Shown piece after piece: positions 40,976 to 41,360 of a stretch of DNA of 41,360 bases. The stretch's first letter is position 1. Every line of letters begins with the position of its first letter. This DNA is from a phage. The notes beneath the pieces are model-generated. The model worked only from the letters and a program-made list of their open reading frames with translations. It searched no databases and was not told where the DNA came from. The stretch lies in NCBI GenBank assembly GCA_027217645.1, contig GCA_027217645.1_4344.1; one strand, written 5' to 3'. The position numbers were made by a program, and so were the translations under genes.

Positions 40976-41130
40976 TCTTTACGCTCTCCCCACATGCGAT
41001 TGAGATACTTGTTCTTGTCCGGCCCCGGGAAACTGTTGCGTTTCATCAGTTCCTCGCGTGTCGGGAACGGGGTGTGACTGACTTTACGGCCTACTCGTAA
41101 CGGCTGGCTTACTGGGCCTTGTTCGCTCAT
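40972..41130 (-). CDS. Small hypothetical protein (52 aa), not in the ORF track
   Basis: Hand translation MSEQGPVSQPLRVGRKVSHTPFPTREEL...; AGGAGAGAAG RBS; ATGA overlaps at both ends. Confidence 0.35.
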   Translation of the reverse strand: MSEQGPVSQPLRVGRKVSHTPFPTREELMKRNSFPGPDKNKYLNRMWGERKE

Positions 41131-41276
41131 TTCTTCTCTCCTGCATAAGCTGCTTTAAGTGTCTGCATCGCAGCGAACCAGAACGCGTCCGCTGGAATGC
41201 TGTTGCTCAGGTTACTAACGGCGATGCGTGCCATCAGTTGCGCGTCTTTGAATGCTTCGATATCTGTGATTTTCAT
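41127..41276 (-). CDS. Small hypothetical protein (49 aa), not in the ORF track
   Basis: Hand translation MKITDIEAFKDAQLMARIAVSNL...; GGAG RBS; first ORF after the promoter at 41310-41338. Confidence 0.35.
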   Translation of the reverse strand: MKITDIEAFKDAQLMARIAVSNLSNSIPADAFWFAAMQTLKAAYAGEKK

Positions 41277-41309
41277 CTTCTCCACTCCGTTCTCGTTGTC
41301 GATGGAGTA

Positions 41310-41338
41310 AATATAATAGGGTCTAAGGTAATAGTCAA
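41310..41338 (-). promoter_or_regulatory. Sigma70-like promoter, TTGACT-N17-TATATT, for the right-end minus-strand gene chain
   Basis: Seen in sequence: minus-strand -35 TTGACT (41333-41338), 17 nt spacer ending CCCTAT, -10 TATATT (41310-41315); related to the other promoters of the family. Confidence 0.5.
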
Positions 41339-41360
41339 CTAGTCATTACAGAAAACAGAT

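Noticed and set aside
1-41360. Looked for tRNA or rRNA genes, CRISPR arrays, integrase, attachment site or transposase
   Set aside because: No cloverleaf-like or T-loop sequences, no regularly spaced direct repeats with unique spacers, and no tyrosine or serine recombinase signatures in any long ORF. The only repeats are the 24 bp tandem duplication, the dispersed ~80 bp element, duplicated terminators and promoter boxes. The genome therefore looks virulent-type, but absence cannot be proven by eye.

Overview
The window reads as most of one tailed dsDNA phage genome (siphovirus-like, probably with an enterobacterial host); no rRNA, tRNA, CRISPR array, integrase or host flanking genes were recognised. 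Layout, left to right: (i) a minus-strand lysis cassette (two small membrane proteins and a T4-lysozyme-like endolysin, 97-1136) at the end of a minus-strand operon of small early genes (1212-3679); (ii) a structured 400 bp non-coding region (3746-4146); (iii) a plus-strand replication and DNA-metabolism operon (4147-15966): AlpA-like HTH, primase/helicase, acidic early protein, Cas4-like PD-(D/E)XK nuclease, SSB-like protein, family A DNA polymerase, VRR-NUC nuclease, C5 cytosine methyltransferase, SNF2 helicase, with one divergently transcribed XRE-type regulator (7014-7229); (iv) a minus-strand tail module (15995-25831): tail fibre/spike, J-like tip protein, NlpC/P60-like K-like protein, minor tail proteins, tape measure, G/T chaperones; (v) a plus-strand four-gene cassette (25999-28394: small membrane protein, HTH-metallophosphoesterase, HAD phosphatase, dNMP kinase) that splits the structural region and has its own promoter and bidirectional terminator; (vi) a minus-strand head, packaging and tail-shaft module (28423-39599: major tail, HK97 gp10-like, connector, major capsid, scaffold, Rz/Rz1 spanins, head morphogenesis, portal, TerL, TerS) preceded by translationally coupled small genes (39819-41276). 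The main unexplained signals are a palindromic AATAG-N4-CTATT box built into at least seven promoters, the inserted plus-strand cassette, a methyltransferase gene whose +1 frame also carries methyltransferase-like motifs, a chain of three micro-ORFs joined by ATGA overlaps, and an ~80 bp element present twice. All functional calls are from motifs read in the translations and from gene order; no database search or computation was run, and coordinates of hand-placed motifs and of small ORFs absent from the track may be off by a base or two.
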